From IMG/VR virus record IMGVR_UViG_3300045988_138309: 56,765 nt of DNA; one strand, 5' to 3'. This document shows positions 36,279 to 46,146 of the stretch, one piece after another. The translations under genes and the position numbers were made by a program. How positions within the stretch are numbered: the first letter of the stretch is position 1; every line of letters begins with the position of its first letter. The DNA is from a virus. The notes beneath the pieces were generated by a model. That model had not been told where the DNA came from and ran no database searches. It worked only from the letters and a program-made list of their open reading frames with translations.

Positions 36279-38735
36279 ATGAGCACAACTGAGCAGCACA
36301 ACGCGGCCGTCGTAGAGGCGGCCCTTGACGCGTACCGCAGGGGGCTGACGCCCCTGCCCATCCCACGACACTCCAAGAGCCCGACAATGGCCAGCTGGAC
36401 TAAGCTCCGATGGCCGGACCCCACGACCGACACCGGGGAAGGTGAGGACGCCGTCCGTGCCGCCTTCGAGGAGTACACGGCCGGCGGCTCCACCAACCTC
36501 GGAGTCCTCCTCGGCGAGGCGTCGGGAGACCTCATCGACGTCGACCTGGACCACCCCGCCGCGGCGCGTCTGAAGTCGTACCTGCTGCCCCACACGGCAG
36601 CGGTCCACGGCCGCGAGACGTCCCGCAAGTCGCACTACTGGTACCGCGCCAAGCCGGGCACCCTGCCAGCTACGCGGCGCCTGCGCATCCCCGACAAGTC
36701 GGGCCGCGGCTCGGGCGTGTCGGTAGAGATCCGCGGTAACGGCGCACAGACCATCGTGCCGCCCTCGATCCACCCCGCCACGGCGGAGACCTATGAGTGG
36801 GAGGGTGAGCCGTGGGGCGGCGACGAGGGCCCCGCCGTCGTTGACGGCACCGAGCTCCTCGCGCAGGTGACCCTCCTCGGCCTGTGCGCCGTCCTCCTGG
36901 ACGCCTGGCCCGGGCCCGGCCAGCGCCACGACGCCTACGTCGCGCTTGCTGGCGGTCTCCTTCGTTACGGGGACTCGCAGACCGTGCACCCGTTCTGGGA
37001 GCGCAACGCGGGCCTCGTCATCCGCATCCTCGCTCAGGCCACTCACGACGAGGACGGGCCCGAGCAGCGCGAGCGTGAGGCGATCTACACGACCAAGCGC
37101 CGCCTTCGTGAGGGCGGGGAGGCTGTAGGTTTCACCCGCCTGGCCGAGTACATCGGGGAAGAGAGCGTGAAGGTCCTCGAGCGCCTAGTGCGCGACGCGG
37201 AGGCGGTGGCCGGCTTCGTGCCGGACGTGGCCGGTGACGTGCCAGGATGGCAGCCGCCGTGGGCGAAGCAGTGGGACGGTCTGACCATCGAGCTCGATGA
37301 GGACGCCCCCGCCCCCGCCTTCGTTGACGGGGACGATTCCTCCGAACCGCGGTCCTTGGGGGCCATTCGCCCGGACAACAGGCAGCCGGTGGCCGGAGAT
37401 GAGCCGTACGGGAAGGCTGGGGAGGCTGAGGAGGCCAGCCCGGACGATGACGTCGATGATGCTCGGGAGGACCTGGACCCCCCGGACCCCCTGGACGCTC
37501 GCCCCTCGTCCTGGAGCCCTGTCGACCTGGAGCCCTACCTGACCGGGAAGCTTAAGGTCCCGGCCCCGGAGGTCTGCCGCCGCAACGACGGCGCCTGCCT
37601 GATGTACCGAGGCCGCGTGAACATGCTCTTCGGTAGCAGCGAGTCGGCCAAGTCGTGGATCGCCATGGCGATCTGCCTTCAGGAGATTGAGGCCGGCGGC
37701 CGGGCCCTGTATCTCGACTTCGAGGATGAGCCGGTCCAGACGCTTAACCGCCTCCGCCTGCTGGGCGCCGTGGACGACGACCTTCGGGCTCAGTTCTCCT
37801 ACATCCGCCCCGAGGGGCCGCTGGCCGATATGCAGCGCAACAAGTGGGGTAAGGACCAGCCCACGAAGAGCGGAGAGTTCGCCCAGGACCAGTTCGACAT
37901 GGCGCTTCAGACCCTCGACCCGGACATCATCGTGGCCGACGGTATGACCGCCCTCTACGGCCTGCACGGCCTGGACGCGAACGACGCCGTTAGCACTGAC
38001 GTCATCACGTCTTGGCTGAAGCGTCTGACCCGTAACGGGCGCTCGACCGTCATCATCATCGATCACCAGGCCAAGAGCGCCGAGAAGGGATCCATGCCCA
38101 TCGGCTCGCAGCACAAGGTCGCCATGGTCCAGGGCACCCTGCTTCAGGTGTGGCCGATCAAGCAGCCCATGCCTGGCGACGTCGGTGAGATGGAGCTCGT
38201 CGTACTGAAGGACAGGCCCGGCCAGGTCCGCGCCCATTCCCAGAAGACCGGCGGGCGCGGCAAGGCGCAGGTGGCCGGAGTGGTCACTCTCGACAGCCGC
38301 ACCGAGGGGCGCTCGTCCCTCGTCATCACACCCCCTCGTCGCACCCCTTCCGGAGGCGGCGGCGGGCTGAGAGCAGACGGCGAGGACGTGAACGATGCCG
38401 AGAGGCGGGTTGAGCTGGACTTCACCGACATGTCCAAGGTGATGGAGAAGATGGCTCAGCGGCAGGACGACGAGGACACGGTCATCGGGGCGTTCAAGGG
38501 CGAGATAGGCGCCGAGCTGAGCTCGCGAGCCCTGTACGACCTAGTGGACGCTGACCTCCCGAGGAGCAGAACCAAGTCGGCCCTGGGCCGCCTTATCTCG
38601 CGAGGTTGGATCATGGCCGTAAGAGGCCGGGGAGGCAACCAGTACACGCTGGCCGCTGTGGGCGAGGACGGTACCGAGGAGCGGGACCTAGATGCCGCCG
38701 AGAACGGGAAGGAGAGTGAGGACGCCGGTGCGTGA
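36279..38735 (+). CDS. Bifunctional primase-polymerase (PrimPol) plus RecA-fold replicative helicase/ATPase
   Basis: N-terminus: GLTPLPI...K.P...W, DVDLD, SHYWY, VEIRGNG.QTIVPPSIHP. C-terminus: Walker-A-like GSSESAKS and IIIDHQAK. Confidence 0.8.
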   Translation: MSTTEQHNAAVVEAALDAYRRGLTPLPIPRHSKSPTMASWTKLRWPDPTTDTGEGEDAVRAAFEEYTAGGSTNLGVLLGEASGDLIDVDLDHPAAARLKSYLLPHTAAVHGRETSRKSHYWYRAKPGTLPATRRLRIPDKSGRGSGVSVEIRGNGAQTIVPPSIHPATAETYEWEGEPWGGDEGPAVVDGTELLAQVTLLGLCAVLLDAWPGPGQRHDAYVALAGGLLRYGDSQTVHPFWERNAGLVIRILAQATHDEDGPEQREREAIYTTKRRLREGGEAVGFTRLAEYIGEESVKVLERLVRDAEAVAGFVPDVAGDVPGWQPPWAKQWDGLTIELDEDAPAPAFVDGDDSSEPRSLGAIRPDNRQPVAGDEPYGKAGEAEEASPDDDVDDAREDLDPPDPLDARPSSWSPVDLEPYLTGKLKVPAPEVCRRNDGACLMYRGRVNMLFGSSESAKSWIAMAICLQEIEAGGRALYLDFEDEPVQTLNRLRLLGAVDDDLRAQFSYIRPEGPLADMQRNKWGKDQPTKSGEFAQDQFDMALQTLDPDIIVADGMTALYGLHGLDANDAVSTDVITSWLKRLTRNGRSTVIIIDHQAKSAEKGSMPIGSQHKVAMVQGTLLQVWPIKQPMPGDVGEMELVVLKDRPGQVRAHSQKTGGRGKAQVAGVVTLDSRTEGRSSLVITPPRRTPSGGGGGLRADGEDVNDAERRVELDFTDMSKVMEKMAQRQDDEDTVIGAFKGEIGAELSSRALYDLVDADLPRSRTKSALGRLISRGWIMAVRGRGGNQYTLAAVGEDGTEERDLDAAENGKESEDAGA

Positions 38736-39057
38736 CTTCTACAAGCTGCCCCTCCTGACGCCGGAGGAGGCGTTCGAGAGGGCTTGGGATGATCATCGTG
38801 AGCGCCCGCTCTTCGATCTCGGCTATCGGGTGCGCAACCCTGCCGCCTGGAAGACCATCGAGTCGCTGCTGCGGCAGTATGACGTGCGGACGATCGCCAT
38901 AGCGTCCTTCGGCCTGAAGAGCCCGGATGACGCCCTTGACGTTCTCTCCATGCTGTCGGACCGCGGGTGGCTGGTAGGGCAGACATCGGCAAATGTTTAC
39001 GTCGGCGGTGAGCGCAGAACCATCCAGGCCTTCAAGGCCGAGCATCTCGGAGACTAG
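38692..39057 (+). CDS. Hypothetical protein (start uncertain; GTG 38716 or 38728 are also possible)
   Basis: Overlaps the end of the primase gene in another frame; high GC3. Confidence 0.45.
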   Translation: MPPRTGRRVRTPVRDFYKLPLLTPEEAFERAWDDHRERPLFDLGYRVRNPAAWKTIESLLRQYDVRTIAIASFGLKSPDDALDVLSMLSDRGWLVGQTSANVYVGGERRTIQAFKAEHLGD

Positions 39058-39086
39058 CCAGTAAATCGGCCACATTCCAACGGAAT

Positions 39087-39116
39087 CTACCCCAGTGACT
39101 CAAGTCACTGGGGTAG
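39087..39116 (+). terminator. Terminator hairpin
   Basis: CTACCCCAGTGACT / AGTCACTGGGGTAG 14-nt arms. Confidence 0.6.
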
Positions 39117-39130
39117 ACCTTTACCGGGGC

Positions 39131-39160
39131 TTGCATTGTGGCATACGCGCTGCGTAGTCT
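39131..39160 (+). promoter_or_regulatory. Member of the conserved promoter family
   Basis: gGGCTTGCAT, 18-nt spacer, TAGTCT. Confidence 0.5.
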
Positions 39161-39205
39161 TGAGCCATCAAAGGAACGACCGCTGCGGCGGGAAGGAGAA
39201 CTGAA

Positions 39206-39421
39206 ATGGCACGCAAAGGCTCCATGCGAGCGCAGCGCAAGCGCTGGGCGCAATGGGAGGCGTACCGCAACGATATGTACGTGACCTACGAGAAGGCCCT
39301 CGCCCGCGCCTACCGGGAGTACGACCTCACCGGCGTCCTGGAGGACCCGCGGACCGGAGACCGGTACTGCCCTTCCTGCGAGAAGCCCGAGCAGTACTGC
39401 GACTGCGGGACCGCAGCCTGA
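39206..39421 (+). CDS. Small Cys-containing protein (possible zinc ribbon)
   Basis: GGAAGGAG RBS; contains CPSC...CDC. Confidence 0.5.
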   Translation: MARKGSMRAQRKRWAQWEAYRNDMYVTYEKALARAYREYDLTGVLEDPRTGDRYCPSCEKPEQYCDCGTAA

Positions 39422-39479
39422 GACCGATACCTGCCCATAACTGACACCTATCAATCCGCACCACCCAGAAGGAGAAACC

Positions 39480-39779
39480 GTGAGCCCTAAGGCCGGAACC
39501 TACTCCCTGACCTCGCCCAACGCCGTCCACGCTAACCACGCCCTGAACCACGCCTACTGGGCCGTAGGCGCCACCCTCTTCGTCATGGTCCTTCACACCT
39601 GGATCCCGTCCGGTGAGCTCCTCGACCTTCTCTGGGGTGCCTGGGTGCTGTTCGAGTTCTCGCAGATCGTCCGCTACGGAATCAAGGCCATCAAGGCCGG
39701 CATACGGGACCGCAGGGTCCTGACCTTCTCGATCCGTGAGGGTGCTCTCGTCTCGATCCCGGAGGACGCGGCCCAGTGA
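39480..39779 (+). CDS. Small membrane protein with two predicted TM helices
   Basis: GTG start after GAAGGAGAAA; two hydrophobic segments. Confidence 0.5.
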   Translation: MSPKAGTYSLTSPNAVHANHALNHAYWAVGATLFVMVLHTWIPSGELLDLLWGAWVLFEFSQIVRYGIKAIKAGIRDRRVLTFSIREGALVSIPEDAAQ

Positions 39780-39837
39780 GAACGGTTCTGAAAGTTCTGG
39801 CATCAATCATCAAGACCTATAGAAGGAGGAGGACGCA

Positions 39838-40140
39838 GTGAGCCGGCACATCGTCAGCGCTGAGGAGATCATGCGCCGCGTGAAGGCGTCCCCTACCGGG
39901 GACGTCCGGGACGCCGACATCGCGGCCGTCAAGGGCAAGAAGCCCATCTCGTACGTCCCCAGCCGGCGTGTCGGCCGCGAGAGGACCAAGGCCGAGCTCG
40001 TCGGCGAGTACATCCGCTACCTGACCGACATCCACGATCGCCGCCAGGACCTGCTGAGGATCTCGGAGGAGAAGCGACAGGCGCACATCCTCGCCGAGGC
40101 TGAGAAGGCTGCGGCCCAGCATCTGGAGGAGGGCTCATGA
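39838..40140 (+). CDS. Hypothetical protein
   Basis: GTG start after GAAGGAGGAGG; high GC3. Confidence 0.5.
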   Translation: MSRHIVSAEEIMRRVKASPTGDVRDADIAAVKGKKPISYVPSRRVGRERTKAELVGEYIRYLTDIHDRRQDLLRISEEKRQAHILAEAEKAAAQHLEEGS

Positions 40141-40721
40141 GCTCGGAAACGTCTCTACTTGCGAGCGCCTTGGACGACTACGAGACGATGCAGGGCATCG
40201 GCGATCAGATCAAGATCCGGCGTCTCGGCGATATCTGCTGCCAGAGCGAGTACGTCCTGCACTGCTCGCGGTGGTGGCTGGTGCGCGAGGCAGCAGACTC
40301 CTCGGAGGGTCTGGAGGCTTTCATCTTGGAGATCGCGGGGCCCCGGGATCCTAAGAATCCGGAGACTGACATCCTCACCGGTCGGGCGGATGACCTTGTC
40401 ATCTACGCCGGGGCCGGCGCCGGGCTTCAGTTCCAGAGCGGAGTTCTACAGGGCGTGCTGTGGCCCGACTCGGACCTCATCTACGTAAGGAGCGCCCGTC
40501 GTAGGTCTATGTGGAGCGGAATCGATGAAATGGTCTCCGGGCTGTTCTCTCGACGGTACGACAGCGACGGGGATGCGTACTACGCCCCGGTCGACCCAGA
40601 GTCCCAGCCCAAGGTTCAGGCGCACTGGATCCTCGACCCCGAGTACGACCTGATCTTGGATTGGGAGCTGGTGGACGTGTCGAGGCTTCTGGAGGAGCTC
40701 GGAGGAGACGGGCGCGGTTAA
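40137..40721 (+). CDS. Hypothetical protein, paralog A
   Basis: Shares C..WW, LQF..G, WPD.DLIYV and GLFSRRYD..GD..YAPV.PE motifs with 40786..41337. Confidence 0.6.
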   Translation: MSSETSLLASALDDYETMQGIGDQIKIRRLGDICCQSEYVLHCSRWWLVREAADSSEGLEAFILEIAGPRDPKNPETDILTGRADDLVIYAGAGAGLQFQSGVLQGVLWPDSDLIYVRSARRRSMWSGIDEMVSGLFSRRYDSDGDAYYAPVDPESQPKVQAHWILDPEYDLILDWELVDVSRLLEELGGDGRG

Positions 40722-40785
40722 GAACGATACTCATTTAGCACCATCAAAAGACTTAGAGACAGAAGCATAGGAGAGAGGAAATCTC

Positions 40786-41337
40786 ATGAGCAGCTCCGAG
40801 TACGTATCCGACAGTCAGCTGATTGCCCTGAGCAAAAGCATCTTCCTGAGGCGCGGGAGCGATATCGTCGCCGACGCGATCATCTACCACGGTGACTGCT
40901 GGTGGAAGGTCCTCGGGAACGGGGCCACGGCGGAGAGCGAGATCCTGTACGTCGAGAAGGCCGGCAGCACCGAGTACGACGTCGAGGAGGTAAAGATCCC
41001 CATCGACGACGCCAAGACGTACCTGACCGTCCTGGAGGGCTCTCCGCTCCAGTTCCGCGGCGGGGACCTCATCCCAACCGAGTGGCCCGACAAGGACCTG
41101 ATCTACGTGGACAAGGCGCTCCGCAAGGCCGTGTCGAAGCGGGACGGCGTCTTCGAGGAGGACGAGGTTCACGGGCTGTTCTCTCGACGGTACGACGCCA
41201 ATGGAGACTGCTCCTACGCGCCGGTCGAGCCCGAGGACCAGGGCATCGACAGGAACTGGCTGCTGGTGGAGCACCTGGACCTCATCCTGGAGTGGCGACC
41301 GGTGAATATCGCCTCGGTCCTGAGCGAGGCGGTCTGA
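40786..41337 (+). CDS. Hypothetical protein, paralog B
   Basis: Tandem paralog of 40137..40721. Confidence 0.6.
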   Translation: MSSSEYVSDSQLIALSKSIFLRRGSDIVADAIIYHGDCWWKVLGNGATAESEILYVEKAGSTEYDVEEVKIPIDDAKTYLTVLEGSPLQFRGGDLIPTEWPDKDLIYVDKALRKAVSKRDGVFEEDEVHGLFSRRYDANGDCSYAPVEPEDQGIDRNWLLVEHLDLILEWRPVNIASVLSEAV

Positions 41338-43008
41338 GTGACGGCGTTCCAGTTCGGAGGGCCGCCGCGCTTCGCCCACCAGAAGCGCGGGCTGGCGAAG
41401 CTCATCGCCTGCGACGGCGTCGGTGCTCTCCTCATGGAGCCTGGCACCGGGAAGACCGCGGTCACGCTGGACTACTGCTCACTGCTGGCGCTGTCCTCGC
41501 CCCGGCGCGAGGCCCGTGTTCTCGTGATCGGCCCGCTCGCCGCCGTCGACCAGTGGGCACTACAGGCGCCGAAGTGGGTCGGCCCTCAGGTCAACGTCTG
41601 GGCCGAGGCCCTCGGTGGCTCGGTCATGCAGCGCGTCGAGGCCCTCCAGTCCCGCGGAGGCAAGATGCCCAGGAAGATCACCGGCGGCAAGGGTCGCGGG
41701 GCCAGTGACAGCGTCCGCGCACTCCACGCCAATCGGGCCTGGGCGCTGGCCGCTCGGCGAGACGGCGTCGAGCTGGACCGTGAGGTGGCGGCCAAGGCCG
41801 GCCCGGACGTGCTTGGCGACGCCAAGCCCCGCCTGGTGATTGAGGCGATCAACCTGGACACGCTCTCCCAGCGCCGCCAGGTCGGGTCCAAGACGATGGC
41901 CGACGTCGTGCTGGGCGCCGTCATGGACTTCGACCCCGACCTCGTAGTGATCGACGAGATGCACAAGATCAAGTCGGTCGCCTCCAACGCGTCCCGCCTG
42001 GCGGGACGGATCGGCTCACGGGTTGAACGCCGGATCGGCCTGACAGGGACTGTCATTCCCCACAGCCCGCTCGACGTCTACGGCCAGTGGAGGTTCCTCG
42101 ACCCGAAGGCCTTCGGCCGGGTGCAGCCGAACGGTGAGCGCCGCGTGGCGACTTTCAAGCACTTCAAGGAGGACTACGCCGAGATGGGCGGGTACATGGG
42201 GCACGAGGTCGTCGGCTTCAAGAATCTAGACCGCCTGGAGGAGATCATGGGCGAGCGCTCATCGGTCGCCATCAAGGAGGAGTGCCTGGACCTGCCCGAC
42301 GCCGTCGACACCGTCCTCCCCGTCGCACTGAGCCCTAAGGAGCTGAAGGCCTACGAGGACATGCGCACCAGGCTTCAGGTCGAGTTCCGCGAGGAGGACG
42401 ACGTCCGGGAGTCCGTCGACGGCGGGGACGCCGCTACCGCAGCCAGCCGGCTGGTCCGCATGACCCGCCTTCGTCAGATCACGGCAGGCCACCTGCCGGA
42501 CGACGAGGGCCAGGTCCGCGAGATCGGAAGGTCCAAGGCGAAGACCATCGCCTCCCTGATCCACGACACGCTGGAGGACGAGCAGCGCATCGTCGTCTTC
42601 GGCAGCTTCACTCACGAGCTGAAGGCCCTGGAGGAGGAGATCGCCGACAAGCGGACCACGGTCCTGAGGATCGACGGCTCCACGAAGCCTGAGGACCGCC
42701 TTGCCATGCGGCAGCGTTTTGGATCGGACGACCCGGCTCGGCTCGTCATCGTCGCCCAGATCAAGACCCTCTCGGTCGCGGTGAACGAGCTGGTCACGGC
42801 CCAGAACGCCATCTTCGCCTCGCTGCCGTGGCAGCGGGACGACATCGTGCAGGCCCGCGACCGACTCAACCGCCTCGGCCAGAAGAGCGCGACCACGTTC
42901 TGGTACGCGCTTGCACCTGGCACCGTGGACGACCTAGTCTTCCAGGCCTATCAGGACCGAACGGACCTGGAGAAAACCCTTATGGACCACATCTACAACG
43001 ATAGGTAA
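41338..43008 (+). CDS. SNF2-family helicase/translocase
   Basis: EPGTGKT (motif I), VIDEMHKIKS (motif II), GLTGT, and a C-terminal helicase domain (QARDRLNR). Confidence 0.8.
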   Translation: MTAFQFGGPPRFAHQKRGLAKLIACDGVGALLMEPGTGKTAVTLDYCSLLALSSPRREARVLVIGPLAAVDQWALQAPKWVGPQVNVWAEALGGSVMQRVEALQSRGGKMPRKITGGKGRGASDSVRALHANRAWALAARRDGVELDREVAAKAGPDVLGDAKPRLVIEAINLDTLSQRRQVGSKTMADVVLGAVMDFDPDLVVIDEMHKIKSVASNASRLAGRIGSRVERRIGLTGTVIPHSPLDVYGQWRFLDPKAFGRVQPNGERRVATFKHFKEDYAEMGGYMGHEVVGFKNLDRLEEIMGERSSVAIKEECLDLPDAVDTVLPVALSPKELKAYEDMRTRLQVEFREEDDVRESVDGGDAATAASRLVRMTRLRQITAGHLPDDEGQVREIGRSKAKTIASLIHDTLEDEQRIVVFGSFTHELKALEEEIADKRTTVLRIDGSTKPEDRLAMRQRFGSDDPARLVIVAQIKTLSVAVNELVTAQNAIFASLPWQRDDIVQARDRLNRLGQKSATTFWYALAPGTVDDLVFQAYQDRTDLEKTLMDHIYNDR

Positions 43009-43013
43009 GACCA

Positions 43014-44198
43014 GTGAGTACCTCCCGACGTCCCGAGGAGGACGTCATCACGGCCGAGAAGGCCACATACTCCTCACTCACTCTGCACCGCCGCTGCCCT
43101 CAGGCGTGGAAGTATCGCTACATCGACGGCCTGCGTCGCGCCCGGTCCGAGGTCACGCCGGCCCTGGACTTCGGGTCGTGGTTCCACGCCACGCGTGCTG
43201 CCGACCGCCTGGCCAAGGGCCGTGCCGAGGGGACCTTGAAGGTCGAGCTCGAGTCGATTCAGACCACGGATACCGGACCGACTTTCCCCGGCACAGTCTC
43301 ACCGGATGAGATCATCTCAGCCTCTCAGGACTACTGGGACCGGCTCGGGGAGGCGGCTCGGGAGACCTGGCTGGAGTGGCTGGGTCAGCCCCTGCCCCAG
43401 CGCCTCGCCCACGTCTACGCCGAGTGGTGCGAGCGCTGGGCCGAGGACTCCGCGAACGAGGCCGTCATCGCCGTCGAGCAGCGCTGGGAGCGGGAGATCC
43501 CCGGCACCGGCGTCACGCTATGGGGCTACGCGGACGAGGTCTACCAGGACCGTAAGCGCGGCATCGTCGTGGTGCGGGACTGCAAGACGTCCGGCACGCT
43601 CGGCCAGGTCACGAGCCTGGACGAGATGATGGACAGCCAGGTCCAGCTCTATGCGTGGGGCCTCGGTCCCCTGTGCGACGAGTGGGACGTGCCCCGCCCC
43701 CGCGCCGTCGCCTTCGACCGAGTGAGGTCCAGGGCGCCGAAGACACCCAAGATCACGAAGGCCGGCAAGCTCTCGGCGTCGGTCAAGGACTACGACCTGA
43801 GGACGTACCTGGAGTGGTGCGCCGACGGCATCCCCTTCGAGGGGATGAAGAAAGACGGCAGCGCCGCGGGAGTCTACACGGCCGAGGAGGCCGAGATCGA
43901 GCGGCTTGCCTCGCAGCAGGTGGTCTCGCAGTGGCTTGCCCGCCACCTGACTCCAGTCAGCCCGTACCTCGTTCGCTCGCACCTCCAGGCTGCGGCCGAC
44001 ACGTGCTCGGACATCTCCCGGACGCGGGTCCGTGCAGACCGCCGCGGGGAGGCGCCGCGTAACTTCGGGAAGGCCGCTTGCCAGTTCTGCGAGTTCGCCG
44101 ACCTGTGCCGCGCTCAGATGGTCGGCGGATCGGGCGGCGAGTACGCACCGGAGGAGTACGGGCTCCGCTACCGTGACCCGTCTAACAGCGGCAGGTAG
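43014..44198 (+). CDS. PD-(D/E)xK exonuclease of Cas4/RecB type with an Fe-S cysteine cluster
   Basis: N-terminal HRRCPQAWKYRY; core GYADEV...VVVRDCKT; C-terminal CQFCEFADLC. Confidence 0.7.
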   Translation: MSTSRRPEEDVITAEKATYSSLTLHRRCPQAWKYRYIDGLRRARSEVTPALDFGSWFHATRAADRLAKGRAEGTLKVELESIQTTDTGPTFPGTVSPDEIISASQDYWDRLGEAARETWLEWLGQPLPQRLAHVYAEWCERWAEDSANEAVIAVEQRWEREIPGTGVTLWGYADEVYQDRKRGIVVVRDCKTSGTLGQVTSLDEMMDSQVQLYAWGLGPLCDEWDVPRPRAVAFDRVRSRAPKTPKITKAGKLSASVKDYDLRTYLEWCADGIPFEGMKKDGSAAGVYTAEEAEIERLASQQVVSQWLARHLTPVSPYLVRSHLQAAADTCSDISRTRVRADRRGEAPRNFGKAACQFCEFADLCRAQMVGGSGGEYAPEEYGLRYRDPSNSGR

Positions 44199-44208
44199 CC
44201 TTCTAGGC

Positions 44209-44238
44209 TTGCACTGCCCGCCGGCATACACCTACAGT
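44209..44238 (+). promoter_or_regulatory. Member of the conserved promoter family
   Basis: aGGCTTGCAC, 18-nt spacer, TACAGT. A CATAC half-site lies in the spacer. Confidence 0.5.
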
Positions 44239-44271
44239 TAAGTCATCCACCCAATAGCGGAAGGAAATTCA

Positions 44272-45132
44272 ATGACCAGTTTCGCCGGCGTCAACATCGT
44301 TGACGTTGAGGAGGAGGCGGCCGACTATGGTCGGTGGCTGATCCTCGGGGCACCCGGTTCTGGAAAATCGAGCCTGGCCTCGACCGTCGCCACGATGGGC
44401 AAGACATTGTTCATCGACCTGCCCGGTGAGAAGGGCACCCAGAGCTTCAAGAACGCGCCCTACGCTAAGAACATCGACGTGGTCCGGCCGGAGAGCGTCA
44501 CAGCCCTGGACGACATCTTCTGGAGCCTGGACAAGGGCGGGCACGGTTACAAGGCCGTCATCATCGACAGCCTCACCGCCCTCCAGAAGATGACGATGCG
44601 CTACCTCACCGGTTTCTCGGAGACGGCGGTGCGTGAGATCAAGCAGGGCACCGCCCCGGCCGACCAGCGCACGTGGGGCCAGGCCCTCGACATCATGACC
44701 GACACGGCCGTCTTTTGGTACGGCCTGGCCGACGGCAACCGCCCCGAGCCGATGCACGTCGTCATGACGGCCCAGGTCAAGATGGTCGAGGACGAGATCA
44801 ACGGCGGCGTACGCCGCTCCCCCGACGTCCAGCGCGGCGCCCAGTCGATCATCCGCGCCACGCCGAACTACATCATCTACGCCGACGTCGAGGAGGACCT
44901 TGACAACCCCGGCCGCGACGACGGCCCCTCGTTGAAGCACATCGTGCGCTTCGGCACCGACCCGGAGTACGGGACCAAGGCCCGCATCCCCTACAACTTG
45001 CGGGGTAAGATCCCGCCCGTCCTCGGGCGCGACCACCCCGTGACTCTGGAGAAGCTCTCCCGCTTCCTCGGAGTGGGCGGAGTCCCGGAGCGCAAGCCCG
45101 CCGCCAGCAAGTCGGCCAAGGTCGACAACTGA
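44272..45132 (+). CDS. Sak4-like RecA-fold ATPase (recombination)
   Basis: Walker A GAPGSGKSS and Walker B VIIDS. Adjacent to a DUF669-like gene. Confidence 0.65.
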   Translation: MTSFAGVNIVDVEEEAADYGRWLILGAPGSGKSSLASTVATMGKTLFIDLPGEKGTQSFKNAPYAKNIDVVRPESVTALDDIFWSLDKGGHGYKAVIIDSLTALQKMTMRYLTGFSETAVREIKQGTAPADQRTWGQALDIMTDTAVFWYGLADGNRPEPMHVVMTAQVKMVEDEINGGVRRSPDVQRGAQSIIRATPNYIIYADVEEDLDNPGRDDGPSLKHIVRFGTDPEYGTKARIPYNLRGKIPPVLGRDHPVTLEKLSRFLGVGGVPERKPAASKSAKVDN

Positions 45133-45164
45133 CCCAGTAACCCAACCTCACAGGAGAAACACCC

Positions 45165-45701
45165 ATGGCTCTGACCTTCGACTTCACCAACTACAAGGAC
45201 ACCTCCACCGCCCACGTCGCCCCCGGCACCTACCACGCCGAGGTCTCCGACTTTGAAGAGACGACCTCCAAGGCCGGCAACACGATGTTCGTCATCTACC
45301 TGGAGATCACGGAGGGCCCGCACGCCGGGCAGCAGATCATCGATCGCCTCCCGCAGACGGAGAAGGCCATGTTCCGCTCGGCCGCGTTCCTCCAGGCTCT
45401 CGGAGTCAAGATCGCCAAGAAGAAGATCGCCCTGAACCCGCGCAGCCTGGTCGGCCGCCCGGTCGACATCGTCGTGGAGGATGGCGAGCCCTACAACGGC
45501 CGCGTCAAGTCCGAGGTGCGCGAGTACCTCCGCGCCGCCAAGCCGGCCAAGGCTGAGCCCGAGACCGACCCCCTGGCCGGCGAGGACGAGACCGAGGAGG
45601 CCTCTCCGGTCGCCGAGGAGCCCGCTAAGGCCGCGCCGGCCGAGGAGGACGCCGTCGAGCTCGACGTGGACGCTCTGGACATCGACGACCTGGACCTCTG
45701 A
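45165..45701 (+). CDS. DUF669-like ssDNA-binding candidate with an acidic tail
   Basis: The N-terminal pattern GTYHAEV...SKAGN.M..I.LEI and the acidic C-terminus ending DIDDLDL are typical of phage SSB-like partners of Sak4. Confidence 0.5.
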   Translation: MALTFDFTNYKDTSTAHVAPGTYHAEVSDFEETTSKAGNTMFVIYLEITEGPHAGQQIIDRLPQTEKAMFRSAAFLQALGVKIAKKKIALNPRSLVGRPVDIVVEDGEPYNGRVKSEVREYLRAAKPAKAEPETDPLAGEDETEEASPVAEEPAKAAPAEEDAVELDVDALDIDDLDL

Positions 45702-45713
45702 GTCCTTAAGCAC

Positions 45714-45739
45714 GGCGGCCCCGCTACGGCGGGGCCGCC
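45714..45739 (+). terminator. Terminator hairpin
   Basis: GGCGGCCCCGC / GCGGGGCCGCC stem. Confidence 0.6.
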
Positions 45740-45761
45740 CCATATCTGAGAAAGGAGTGAC

Positions 45762-46145
45762 ATGGCTAGCAAGGAGAGCGGCGTCGTGGACGCCATCCGG
45801 CGCCGCATCGCTCAGGTCTGGCCGTCCTCGGTCACCTGGAAGATGCACGGCTCGGTCTACATGGAGGCCGGCATCCCTGACGTGCTGTGCTGCGTCGAGG
45901 GTCGCTTGATCTTCCTGGAGGTCAAGCACCAGAAGCCGGGCGAGTCGCGCGGCCACGCGCTGGCCCGCACATCGGTAGAGCAGGTACGCCAGATTCGCCG
46001 GGTGCGCGCCGCCGGTGGGGCCGCCTGCACCGTCCTGGACGCCGACGAGGCCGAGTGGGCTGTGCGTGAGGCCCTGACCGGCTCCACCCTGTCGAGCATG
46101 TACCCCGTCGTCGGGGCCGGAGGTGATCTCAGTGGCGAGGGCTAG
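45762..46145 (+). CDS. VRR-NUC domain nuclease
   Basis: GIPDVLC...LIFLEVK is a PD-(D/E)xK signature of the VRR-NUC type. Confidence 0.65.
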   Translation: MASKESGVVDAIRRRIAQVWPSSVTWKMHGSVYMEAGIPDVLCCVEGRLIFLEVKHQKPGESRGHALARTSVEQVRQIRRVRAAGGAACTVLDADEAEWAVREALTGSTLSSMYPVVGAGGDLSGEG

Positions 46146-46146
46146 G

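Noticed and set aside
39073-39085. The 13-mer CATTCCAACGGAA shared between 39073-39085 and 54713-54725. It contains the palindrome TTCC-AAC-GGAA.
   Set aside because: A single 13-mer pair is expected by chance in 57 kb counted on both strands. I note it only as a weak candidate site.
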